Source of the DNA: a bacterium
GTDB taxonomy: Bacteria > Omnitrophota > Gorgyraeia > Zapsychrales > Zapsychraceae
Reading direction: 5' to 3'
Length of the DNA stretch: 64,000 nucleotides
Assembly: GCA_030429765.1 (NCBI GenBank)
Contig: JAUIER010000013.1
Location: forward strand, 8,759-72,758
Shown: one piece after another, positions 20,755 to 28,826 of the stretch
Position numbering within the stretch: the first letter of the stretch is position 1
Layout: each line of letters begins with the position of its first letter
The notes under the pieces: generated by a model
The model's input: the letters and a program-made list of their open reading frames with translations, nothing else
Told to the model about the DNA's origin: nothing
Databases searched by the model: none
Position numbers and translations under genes: made by a program

Positions 20755-21122
20755 TGGAATCCCAAAAATCACGATATAAGTTATCTATTTTTCTGATCCT
20801 TGGAATGATGACGCTTATACACCCGCAGCCAGCCAAGGCGGCCAATGAATGCATCCGCATCAATAAGAAAGAAAGTATGATCGCGGTGGTCGAGCGGATC
20901 AATCGTCAGCAGACCTGGTTGTATGTGATCAATGAGCAGACCGGCCGGCCGGAACGCTTTTACGCGCCGCGCGGGTATCTGAAAGAACTTGAGCCCGGCG
21001 ACCGTGTAAGGATCTATTACATCTGCGGCAGTCAGACCCTGCTGTCCGTCCGTCACATGACCCCGGTTGAGTTTGATGCCGAGGCGTCGAATCGGGGGTA
21101 TATCATGGGTGGACCCAAATAA
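20751..21122 (+). CDS. Hypothetical small secreted protein
   Basis: Signal-peptide-like N-terminus (LSIFLILGMMTLIHPQPAKA). The start overlaps the esterase stop. Confidence 0.4.
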   Translation: MMESQKSRYKLSIFLILGMMTLIHPQPAKAANECIRINKKESMIAVVERINRQQTWLYVINEQTGRPERFYAPRGYLKELEPGDRVRIYYICGSQTLLSVRHMTPVEFDAEASNRGYIMGGPK

Positions 21123-21150
21123 TGCTGTTAGTATGATATAAAATTAGTAA

Positions 21151-21367
21151 AAGGACCTGGCTTGAGTTAGGCGGAGTCGGGTTGAAGTATTAATTGGAAG
21201 CATAGAAAATAATCGTAGTCATCAATTATGGAAAGGAGGTCGGAGTCGCCTTGAAGCATGTCGACTTTAGCCTTCTAAGATTAACATGAATAAGGACTTT
21301 GCTTGAGATGGGCGGAGTCGCGTTGAGGCATCGCGACTCCTACTGGCGAAAAGCAGAGCTTTTCGCC
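21151..21367 (+). repeat. Three degenerate direct repeats at about 70-nt period (core GGAGTCG-N-TTGAAG/TTGAGG), ending in two adjacent perfect 9-bp-stem hairpins
   Basis: Repeat copies AAGGACcTgGCTTGAGtTaGGCGGAGTCGgGTTGAAG at 21151 and AAGGACtTTGCTTGAGaTgGGCGGAGTCGcGTTGAGG at 21292, with a shorter GGAGTCGCCTTGAAGCATGTCGAC between them. Hairpins GGAGTCGCG-ttgaggcat-CGCGACTCC (21314-21340) and GGCGAAAAG-cagag-CTTTTCGCC (21345-21367). Confidence 0.5.
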
Positions 21368-21433
21368 TTGGAACCTTCAAATATTTTAAAGATCAAGAGC
21401 CTGACGAGTGACTGGTATGACAAGGATATGGTC

Positions 21434-21688
21434 ATGCTGCACGCGTGTTTTCAATTGCTGGAGGACTGTGTCGAACAGGAGAACCTGCTCGACGGATTCA
21501 CCGACTGGGATCAGACCGAGGAGTTTCAGGAGGCCTACAAGGATCTCAAGGAGTTGTACGAGTGGTGGCAGATCCGTAAGCAGTTGATCACCATGGAAAA
21601 GTACGATGAGCTCGAAGAAGAAAACTACGACGAGGACACCCGCCGGCTGCAGCAGCTGATCCGCTGGCGGCATATGCTCTGGACTTAG
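21434..21688 (+). CDS. Hypothetical acidic protein (about 85 aa)
   Basis: An AAGGA RBS sits 7 nt before the ATG at 21434. The longer track ORF (from 21299) would translate through the two strong hairpins, so the shorter start is preferred. Confidence 0.4.
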   Translation: MLHACFQLLEDCVEQENLLDGFTDWDQTEEFQEAYKDLKELYEWWQIRKQLITMEKYDELEEENYDEDTRRLQQLIRWRHMLWT

Positions 21689-21696
21689 TTACAATA

Positions 21697-22218
21697 ATGA
21701 AATCAGATCTAAAGACACAGATCATTGCAATATTTGAAGAACATCGCGAAAAGCCCGAAGACGATTACAATCCCGGGCATTTCCTGGATTTTCTGATGCC
21801 GGACCCGCCAGCGCGGCGGGCGGTGATGAATTCCTTTGCGGGACTCAGACGTTACAATGCCTTTGTCGATGCCGTGCAGGAAGAACGCGGCGTGTATTTT
21901 TCGCAAAAGGACCGCGACGCGCATTACAGTCTGGATGCCTTTTGTGAGCGCGTTAAGGCCCTGCAGAATTCCCCCAAGTCATCCCTTCAATCGCTCAACA
22001 ACGCCCTCAAGCGCCGGCCCAACTGGAATTTTATGATCCTGGTCAATGTGATTGCTCTCAGTATTATCGTCGCCCTACGGCAGCATCCGTTCGTCGCCGC
22101 CGTGCTGGGCCTGATCCTGACCTTTTTCAATTATCGGCTGTACCGGTTTCACCGGCATGAACGTGACTATCTGGTCCGGCTCAATGAACAGATCAAGGCC
22201 GCCGCATCCGGCACATGA
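21697..22218 (+). CDS. Hypothetical membrane protein (two C-terminal TM helices)
   Basis: Hydrophilic N-terminal domain followed by FMILVNVIALSIIVAL and FVAAVLGLILTFF TM segments. Confidence 0.45.
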   Translation: MKSDLKTQIIAIFEEHREKPEDDYNPGHFLDFLMPDPPARRAVMNSFAGLRRYNAFVDAVQEERGVYFSQKDRDAHYSLDAFCERVKALQNSPKSSLQSLNNALKRRPNWNFMILVNVIALSIIVALRQHPFVAAVLGLILTFFNYRLYRFHRHERDYLVRLNEQIKAAASGT

Positions 22219-22315
22219 TTACAAATCTAATTGGGTTTTGTAATTAACAATCCCCCCGCCATCCAGTATAATCAAGAGAAACCAAGTCTGAGACCAATTA
22301 ATCAAAGGAGATCGT

Positions 22316-22630
22316 ATGATCACAACGAGTATTGAATCGGTTCCGGGACGCAAGATCGTGGAACAGTACGGGATCGTGCAGGGAAGTACCGTACGGGCCA
22401 AAAACGTCGGGGTGGACTGTGTGGCCGGCTGTCAGAATACGTTTGGGGGCGAGCTCAAGGGATATTCACAGCTGCTCGAAGAATCGCGGGCCGAGGCGCT
22501 TGATCGCATGATCCAGCAGGCCGAGCAAAAAGGGGCGAATGCGGTGATCAATGTCCGCTTCGGAACGTCAACCATCACCCAGGGCGCGTCCGAGATCCTG
22601 GCCTATGGAACGGCCGTTCTCGTACAATAG
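22316..22630 (+). CDS. YbjQ/UPF0145 (DUF74) family protein
   Basis: 104 aa. SVPGRKIVEQYGIVQGSTVRAKNVG...ANAVINVRF is characteristic of YbjQ. Confidence 0.8.
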   Translation: MITTSIESVPGRKIVEQYGIVQGSTVRAKNVGVDCVAGCQNTFGGELKGYSQLLEESRAEALDRMIQQAEQKGANAVINVRFGTSTITQGASEILAYGTAVLVQ

Positions 22631-22639
22631 GAGGTCCGG

Positions 22640-23104
22640 ATGGAAAATTTAATTGGACTGATTTTCACCGTCGGGCTGATCGTTGTCGCATACTTTGTGG
22701 GCAAGACGATTGAGAACCGGCACTTTGAGGCGCTGAAGGCGCGCGAGCGTGAATTTCTGGATCTGCCGAGCCTCACGACGCAGCATTCGTATGACGAGGA
22801 AGGCATACAGGACTGCCGTCTGGTCTACGGGAATGTGGTGATCTCCGGCGACTATTTCAAAATGGTGCTCGCGGCGCTGTTGAAATTTTTTGGCGGGCGC
22901 ATTGTTGGATATGAATCGTTGATTGACCGGGCCCGTCGGGAGGCGATCCTGCGCATGCAGGCGGAGGCCAGGCAGTTCGGCGCGGACGCGGTGATCAACA
23001 CCCGTTTTGAGATGAGCAAACTCGATGCCATGACGCAGAATCAGGGAACCGGCATGTTTGAGATCCTGGTGTACGGCACGGCGATTAAGGTCAATCATGG
23101 CTAA
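22640..23104 (+). CDS. YbjQ/UPF0145-like protein with N-terminal TM anchor
   Basis: TM segment LIGLIFTVGLIVVAYFV followed by a YbjQ-like core (ADAVINTRFE...ILVYGTAIKV). Confidence 0.7.
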   Translation: MENLIGLIFTVGLIVVAYFVGKTIENRHFEALKAREREFLDLPSLTTQHSYDEEGIQDCRLVYGNVVISGDYFKMVLAALLKFFGGRIVGYESLIDRARREAILRMQAEARQFGADAVINTRFEMSKLDAMTQNQGTGMFEILVYGTAIKVNHG

Positions 23105-23996
23105 GTATGTCCCCCGCGAGACAACCGATAATGTCAACGTGTCGCGTGACAATCCGCTCGGTGTTTTTATCAAGGCCCTGATCGGGTTATCCGCGCTGAT
23201 GGCGATCACCTTTGTGGTGCTGGTGACATTGTCGGAGGTGTTTATCCGGTTTATGCCGGAGCGGGTCAATTTTGCCCTGGCCAAGATTATCTCTGAGAGA
23301 ATCGATACGCCGGAGCATCTCGAGGCGGAGCGTGAACGCATTCAGCAGATCCTCAATCAGGCGCTGGCGCAGACACGCTTCGAGGGCGATGAGTTCCGGC
23401 TGGAAATCCTTGAGACCGACGAGAAAAACGCGATGGCCTTTCCCGGGCGGACGATCGCGATCACCACGGAATTGCTCAAAGAATTAAAGTATGAAAACGA
23501 ATTGGTGATGATCCTCGGGCATGAGATCGGTCATTATCACAACAATGATCATCTGCGCTCCATGAGCCGGGCCGGCATCCTGATGGGGCTGGTGGGGTTG
23601 CTTGAGATCGGCGGGGCGGGCAGCGCGTCGAGTGTGATCAGCGGCACGACCAATCTGTTTTTCGGCCAGTATTCCCGGCATCAGGAGACCATGGCCGATG
23701 AATTTGGTCTGACGGTGCTGGATCAATACTACGGTCATGTCGACGGCGCCGTCAATACGTTTGAGGTGTTACGACAGGCCAACGAAAAAATGCTGACGCT
23801 GAACGGAATCCTGTCGACGCATCCGATCACCGATCAGCGGATGGAGCATTTAGAAAAATTGATTACGCAAATGGAATTGACGGATGAATCCGACGGATTG
23901 ATCCCGTTTGAGTTTAACCCCGAACCGCCTGACGATGAGGAGCCGGAAGATGACAGCGACGATGAAGAGCGTTCAGCCGACGATCAAACCGCTTAA
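23097..23996 (+). CDS. M48-family Zn metallopeptidase (HtpX/Ste24-like), membrane-anchored, acidic C-terminal tail
   Basis: HEIGH motif (LGHEIGHYHNND), a downstream ETMADEFG, and one N-terminal TM segment. The start overlaps the YbjQ-2 stop by 8 nt. Confidence 0.8.
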   Translation: MAKYVPRETTDNVNVSRDNPLGVFIKALIGLSALMAITFVVLVTLSEVFIRFMPERVNFALAKIISERIDTPEHLEAERERIQQILNQALAQTRFEGDEFRLEILETDEKNAMAFPGRTIAITTELLKELKYENELVMILGHEIGHYHNNDHLRSMSRAGILMGLVGLLEIGGAGSASSVISGTTNLFFGQYSRHQETMADEFGLTVLDQYYGHVDGAVNTFEVLRQANEKMLTLNGILSTHPITDQRMEHLEKLITQMELTDESDGLIPFEFNPEPPDDEEPEDDSDDEERSADDQTA

Positions 23997-24015
23997 TCCG
24001 CTTAAGGCGTGGTGG

Positions 24016-24576
24016 ATGGAGCGGGTGCTGTGGTGGCGCAGTTTTTGGCCGGTGATGTTCGCGCACAAACCTTTATGCGATCGATTTCACACGCATACGA
24101 TCCGCGTTGGACGGACCCATGTGTGCCGCAGCTGCGCGATTTTGTATGTATCGATGGCCTTATCTGTCATGTTCTTTGTGGTGTTGATGCAAGGACATAC
24201 TCTCCCTATCGAGGGAATGGTCGGGATAGCGGGGCTGACCATGGTTTTATCCTTTCCACCACTATATAAAAATCTGCCGCGAATCATTAAGGATGGAGTT
24301 CGCGCGTTGTTGGGTGTGTCAATCGCGGGAACGATCATGCTGGCGGTTGACGGTCAATGGCCATGGGCCGCGGGCATGGCGGTGGGGCTGTGGGGCGCCA
24401 AGTTGTTGTTTCAGATGTTTCGCGCGCGGCGTTCGGCCTCGGCCTGCGACAGCTGTCCGGAGTATCGGCAAAATCAGATCTGTTCAGGGTATCGTCTTAA
24501 GGCCCGACGGATGAGGATCTATGAACGCGTCCTGACACAGAAGATCCTGCGGTATCAAAGGTTCAGCGAGTCCTGA
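24016..24576 (+). CDS. DUF2085-like Cys-rich membrane protein
   Basis: HKPLCDRF...VCRSCAILY matches the DUF2085 pattern (HxxPxRsf...vCaRCtGiy). Multiple TM helices, with a C-terminal CDSCPE...ICSG motif. An alternative start is at 23959. Confidence 0.5.
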   Translation: MERVLWWRSFWPVMFAHKPLCDRFHTHTIRVGRTHVCRSCAILYVSMALSVMFFVVLMQGHTLPIEGMVGIAGLTMVLSFPPLYKNLPRIIKDGVRALLGVSIAGTIMLAVDGQWPWAAGMAVGLWGAKLLFQMFRARRSASACDSCPEYRQNQICSGYRLKARRMRIYERVLTQKILRYQRFSES

Positions 24577-24602
24577 TTTTTTTTTGACGTTGTTCGTCGA
24601 TT

Positions 24603-24631
24603 TTGACAATGTCGCCTGATTCACCTATACT
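24603..24631 (+). promoter_or_regulatory. Near-consensus sigma70 promoter (TTGACA-N17-TATACT)
   Basis: Hexamers and spacing read directly from the sequence. It lies about 40 nt upstream of the 24670 gene. Confidence 0.45.
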
Positions 24632-24669
24632 AAAGATCGTTATTCACATCACCATCGGGAGGCGCATCT

Positions 24670-25365
24670 ATGATCACGCAGCGAATCAAATTCTTGCTTT
24701 TTATCGGCATGGCCGTCATGTCGATTCATCCATCCGTCGTTGAGGCGAAGATCGGCGATTCGGCCTTTCGGCTGGTCGACAATCCCTTTATTCAACAATA
24801 CAACTTTAGACGTACCACCGACGAGAAACGCCTGGATGGCGAAGAGGTGCTGCTCTACACGGCCCGCGGGAGTATGCTGGAGATCATCATCGATGCCAAC
24901 CGCACTATCCGTCAGCAATCGCTCACGACGATTTATAAATTCGCGGACAATACCATCCCGCCGATGATCGTCAGCTATATCGACGACGCCCGGGGCTTTG
25001 CCGATGGCAAGACGGAGCCGGTGGCTGAGCTGCTTGAGAAAGTGCAAAATCATCAGCGCGCGCGGATGCGGATTTCAGAACTTCATCGGCTTGAGGCGGA
25101 ATTGGAGACAGGCGCTGAGTACGCGGCCAACAGCGGTCTGCTCACGTTAACGGTGTATCCGGCCGAGGGGGTAAAGTTGGGCGTCCATAAGAAGGCGTCT
25201 TCGTCCCCGCTGATCCGTACCGGCGTCAGGACCATTTATCTACAGAACGGACGGACCTTGACCGGCGAGATCCTTGAAGAGAGCGCGACGCATTACACGG
25301 TCAACGCCTTTGACGGCACCATCCAGATGAGCTTCGACAAGTCCGAAGTCCTCCGCATCGAATAA
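24670..25365 (+). CDS. Hypothetical secreted protein
   Basis: Signal peptide (FLLFIGMAVMSIHPSVVEA) followed by a roughly 200-aa domain of unknown function. Confidence 0.5.
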   Translation: MITQRIKFLLFIGMAVMSIHPSVVEAKIGDSAFRLVDNPFIQQYNFRRTTDEKRLDGEEVLLYTARGSMLEIIIDANRTIRQQSLTTIYKFADNTIPPMIVSYIDDARGFADGKTEPVAELLEKVQNHQRARMRISELHRLEAELETGAEYAANSGLLTLTVYPAEGVKLGVHKKASSSPLIRTGVRTIYLQNGRTLTGEILEESATHYTVNAFDGTIQMSFDKSEVLRIE

Positions 25366-25508
25366 TTGGTGTCAGAACTCCCCAAACCGAATATTTGCAG
25401 ACATTTACAAATAAATTCCTGCGCCGAGATTTTTTGAGTCTAGATCATAAAATGAATTATAGCTTAAGTGATTGGTATATATAGTTTTAGCGAGTTCTGA
25501 CACCAATT
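25364..25508. mobile_element. MITE-like element: perfect 17-bp terminal inverted repeats (AATTGGTGTCAGAACTC) flanking a 111-bp AT-rich core
   Basis: The left arm is 25364-25380 and overlaps the upstream stop codon. The right arm is 25492-25508 and is its exact reverse complement. Alternatively this is a long-range terminator stem. Confidence 0.35.
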
Positions 25509-25535
25509 GTTTAAAAAGGCGGGGTTGTTTTTGAC

Positions 25536-25564
25536 ATCGGGGGATATCGGTTCTAGAATCAGGT
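25536..25564 (+). promoter_or_regulatory. Near-consensus sigma70 promoter (TTGACA-N17-TAGAAT) for the PLDc_N micro-protein gene
   Basis: Read directly from the sequence. Confidence 0.45.
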
Positions 25565-25596
25565 ATAGTGATGTCATTTAACCAAGGAGGGAAGCG

Positions 25597-25761
25597 ATGG
25601 GTTTTATTTTAGGTCCGGTTGTTTTTATTTTAGATATTCTCGCGCTGGTGGATTGCTGGAAGAGTGGGATGGATCAGAACAAGAAGATCTTGTGGACGAT
25701 TCTCATCTTGATTCTGCCATTGGTCGGATTGATCCTGTATTATCTGGTGGGAAAAAAGTAA
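25597..25761 (+). CDS. PLDc_N-family small membrane protein (54 aa)
   Basis: MGFILGPVVFILDILALVDCWKSG...KILWTILILILPLVGLILYYLVGKK matches the phospholipase-D-nuclease N-terminal micro-protein family. AAGGAGG RBS. The gene is below the ORF-track length cutoff. Confidence 0.55.
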   Translation: MGFILGPVVFILDILALVDCWKSGMDQNKKILWTILILILPLVGLILYYLVGKK

Positions 25762-25782
25762 CACGCGCTGAATTGATTGACA

Positions 25783-25812
25783 GGGCCTCCAGGGATGGAG
25801 GCCCTTTTTTGT
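25783..25812 (+). terminator. Rho-independent terminator
   Basis: GGGCCTCC-agggat-GGAGGCCC followed by TTTTTT. Confidence 0.75.
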
Positions 25813-25900
25813 TGCGTTAGCTGACGCAAAATATTTCGCATTCGAGCGCGTTTCGTGTATACTAGCTGGACTGACACAACAAACAAGAGGAGAACACACG

Positions 25901-26326
25901 ATGCCGTGCAGCGACAGCTCATCCAGTATGGTAATCCAGCTGGATCATGAGGAAAAATTTGTCGGTTTTGAATACGCGAAGATCACCTGCGGCCGGGAGA
26001 TCACCGGATCCACCGGTCTCAATGAATATTTTAAGGGATGGGAATTATCGCGCATTATCGATTGTCCTTACAATCAAATCTGCACCGCTCTGGATGTTCA
26101 GGAAGAAGAGAATCAATATATCCTGTATCTGGAATGGGACGTGCTTCGCGCTGGACTCGCGCTGTATCTGGGAATCGACGATCCGCACATCGACACCGAC
26201 CGATGTTTAATCACCTCTATTGAACACGCCGATAAGGGCATTGAGATCGCTCAGGTGGTCTTGCCCCCTAAAGAAATGCCCAAAATCCTGCCATGCAGTC
26301 TCGGTGATACCGATCCGAATCAGTAA
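25901..26326 (+). CDS. Hypothetical protein
   Basis: An ORF with an upstream TATACT -10 element. No family recognised. Confidence 0.35.
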   Translation: MPCSDSSSSMVIQLDHEEKFVGFEYAKITCGREITGSTGLNEYFKGWELSRIIDCPYNQICTALDVQEEENQYILYLEWDVLRAGLALYLGIDDPHIDTDRCLITSIEHADKGIEIAQVVLPPKEMPKILPCSLGDTDPNQ

Positions 26327-26360
26327 ACAAATAGAAAAGTAGGGAAGGCGAGACAGGTGT

Positions 26361-26861
26361 TTAGGTCTCGTCGCGGCCTTTGGCCATGACCAGTTTACCT
26401 GAACGGACCATCTCGATGATCTTGTATTCCTTGAGTTTGTCTTCCATTTTATCCAACTCGAACGTGGTGCCGGATTGTCCGATAATCAGGAATCCCTCGC
26501 TGGAATCTTCGATGTGGGCCTTGCCGCGGATGATCTTCTGAATCGCGGTTTTTTGCGCCGCTGTTTTGCAGCGCACTTTGAACAGCGCGTATTCGCGGTC
26601 GACCGAGTCCAGGCCGGTATGCTCTTCGGCATGAACGACGTCGATCAGCTTGGCGGACTGTTTGATGATCTGCTCAAGTGTTTCGGGATCTCCCTGGGCG
26701 GTGATGGTCATGCGGGAGAATTTTTCGTTAACGGCCGGTGATACGACCAAAGAATCGATATTGAATCCTCGTCGGGCAAAGATCTGCGCGCAGCGAATCA
26801 AAACCCCAGGCTTGTTCGCAACAAGTAAACTAATCGTGTGGATGTTGTTTTTATTGTTCAT
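26361..26861 (-). CDS. ilvN: Acetolactate synthase small (regulatory, ACT-domain) subunit
   Basis: TISLLVANKPGVLIRCAQIFARRGFNIDSL is an ACT-domain motif of IlvH/IlvN. The stop overlaps the ilvB start by 1 nt. Confidence 0.85.
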   Translation of the reverse strand: MNNKNNIHTISLLVANKPGVLIRCAQIFARRGFNIDSLVVSPAVNEKFSRMTITAQGDPETLEQIIKQSAKLIDVVHAEEHTGLDSVDREYALFKVRCKTAAQKTAIQKIIRGKAHIEDSSEGFLIIGQSGTTFELDKMEDKLKEYKIIEMVRSGKLVMAKGRDET

Positions 26862-28645
26862 TATGTGCTTCCTGTCGGTTTTTCAAGTTTAGTGTCTTTG
26901 CTCGGTGCTTCAATAATCATGTCATACGCGGATTTGCCCGCGGGGATCATCGGGAAGACATTGTCTTCTTTGATGACCTCAGCGTGGATCAGCGCCGGGC
27001 CTTTGTATTCCATGGCCTCTTTCAGGCGCTGGTGGCAATGTGAAACCTTGTCTATATGAAAACCTTTAATGCCGTAGGCCTCGGCCAATTTGATAAAGTC
27101 CGGATTACCTTCGAGATCAACACCGCTGTAACGGTTGTCAAAGAAGAGTTCCTGCCATTGGCGAACCATGCCCAGATATTTATTATCGACGACCAGGATC
27201 TTTACCGGCAATTTGTGGATGAAGATGGTCGACAACTCAAACAGGGTCATCTGAAAACCGCCGTCACCGCAGACCGCGACAACCAGGTCGTCGGGGCAGC
27301 CGAATTGCGCGCCGATCGCCGCCGGAAATCCAAATCCCATGGTTCCCGCGCCGCCGGAAGACAGCCATTTTTCACCTTTTAACGTCAGGTTAAACTGCGC
27401 GGACCACATCTGGTGCTGACCAACGTCCGTTGAGATAATGGCATTGCCCTTGGTGATATCCTGCAGATCCGCCAGTACGCGCTGGGCGGTTAACCCGTCG
27501 CTGTCGGAAAATTTAAGTGGAAAGTCGCGTTTGTACCCGTCGACCTCTTTTTTCCATTCGGAATGATCGGCCTTGTCGACGTGCTTGATCAGTTCTTCCA
27601 CGATCGAACGCGCGTCACCGGTGGCGGAGGCGTCACATTTAACGATCTTGCCCATCTCCGCCGGATCGATATCGATATGAATCTTTTTGGCGCCGATACA
27701 AAACTCATCGTTCTTACCGTTGATCCGGTCATCGAAACGTGAACCGATTGAACAGATCAGGTCGCAACGGGTCAGGGCCTTGTTGGCGTACGCCGTTCCG
27801 TGCATGCCCAGCATCCCGACGGATAGCGGGTCATTCTCCGGAAAACAGCCCTTACCTAGCAGGGTGTTGGTGACCGGTGAATCAATCTTCCGGGCTAGTT
27901 TTTTGATGGCCTCGGAGGCCTGGGCGATAATCGCACCGTGTCCGACGAGCAGTAGAGGACGTTCTGACTTATTGAAAAGCTTGGCGATCTTTTTGATATC
28001 GGAAACTTTCCCTTTGGATGGAACCTTGTAACCGGGCAGGTCCATCTTGGGGTCCAATGTCTTGCCGGTAAACGGCGCCGAGGTGATGTCTTTCGGCAGG
28101 TCAATGTGGACCGGTCCGGGCCGTCCCGTGTTGGTGATATGGAAAGATTCTTTAACAATACGCGGAATGTCATTGGTCTCACGGACCAGATAGCTGTGCT
28201 TGACGACGGGCATGGTGATGCCGAAGATGTCGGCTTCCTGAAACGCGTCTTTACCCAACATCGGGCTGATGGTCTGTCCGGTTAAGACGATCATCGGAAC
28301 AGAGTCCATGTGCGCGGTCATGATTCCCGTGACGGTATTGGTTGCGCCGGGACCGCTGGTCACAAGGACAACACCTGGTTTACCGGTCGCGCGGGCATAA
28401 CCGTCGGCGATGTGCGCGGCACCTTGTTCGTGGCGAACAAGGATTAATTTTATTTTAGATCCGACCAAGGCGTCGAAGATAGGAATGGCAGCACCGCCTG
28501 ATAGACCCCAGATGTATTCAACACCGTGATCTTCCAGACATTTGATCAGTGCTTCGGCTCCGGTCATTTGTTGTTGTGGCGCTTTGGCGGATGAATTCTT
28601 TGTCTTAGTGGATTTGCTCTTTGAAGTGCTCGATTTTTTTGTCAT
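26861..28645 (-). CDS. ilvB: Acetolactate synthase large subunit (TPP/FAD)
   Basis: Full-length ALS with TPP motifs (GDGGFQM...NNKYLGMV). The N-terminus is Lys/Ser-rich. An AGGAAA RBS precedes the 28645 start. Confidence 0.9.
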   Translation of the reverse strand: MTKKSSTSKSKSTKTKNSSAKAPQQQMTGAEALIKCLEDHGVEYIWGLSGGAAIPIFDALVGSKIKLILVRHEQGAAHIADGYARATGKPGVVLVTSGPGATNTVTGIMTAHMDSVPMIVLTGQTISPMLGKDAFQEADIFGITMPVVKHSYLVRETNDIPRIVKESFHITNTGRPGPVHIDLPKDITSAPFTGKTLDPKMDLPGYKVPSKGKVSDIKKIAKLFNKSERPLLLVGHGAIIAQASEAIKKLARKIDSPVTNTLLGKGCFPENDPLSVGMLGMHGTAYANKALTRCDLICSIGSRFDDRINGKNDEFCIGAKKIHIDIDPAEMGKIVKCDASATGDARSIVEELIKHVDKADHSEWKKEVDGYKRDFPLKFSDSDGLTAQRVLADLQDITKGNAIISTDVGQHQMWSAQFNLTLKGEKWLSSGGAGTMGFGFPAAIGAQFGCPDDLVVAVCGDGGFQMTLFELSTIFIHKLPVKILVVDNKYLGMVRQWQELFFDNRYSGVDLEGNPDFIKLAEAYGIKGFHIDKVSHCHQRLKEAMEYKGPALIHAEVIKEDNVFPMIPAGKSAYDMIIEAPSKDTKLEKPTGST

Positions 28646-28755
28646 ACGGGTTTCCTAGTCAAATGAAATGCGATTAAGGCCTTCTGGCGTAACTCTCACA
28701 ATTGGTTAGGTTTAGCCGAAGGATTGACTGAACATCTTAGCAAAAACTCATTTTC

Positions 28756-28780
28756 AATGCAAGGAATTTATCCTTGCATT
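28756..28780. promoter_or_regulatory. Perfect 10-bp inverted repeat (AATGCAAGGA-attta-TCCTTGCATT), candidate operator in the divergent ilvBN / PP-loop promoter region
   Basis: Read directly. It overlaps a TTGCAT -35-like hexamer of the minus-strand ilvB promoter (TTGCAT-N17-TAAGAT). Confidence 0.35.
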
Positions 28781-28826
28781 AAATGGCATAATTGGCTAGT
28801 ATTGGAGGGTTATCAGGCAAATTAAC

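Noticed and set aside
21299-21433. N-terminal 45 codons of the 129-aa ORF
   Set aside because: They would require translating through two perfect 9-bp hairpins that lie in a repeat-rich region. The in-frame ATG at 21434 has a proper RBS.
22649-23341. 230-aa minus-strand ORF
   Set aside because: Antisense to the coupled YbjQ-2 / M48 genes, which have clear family signatures.
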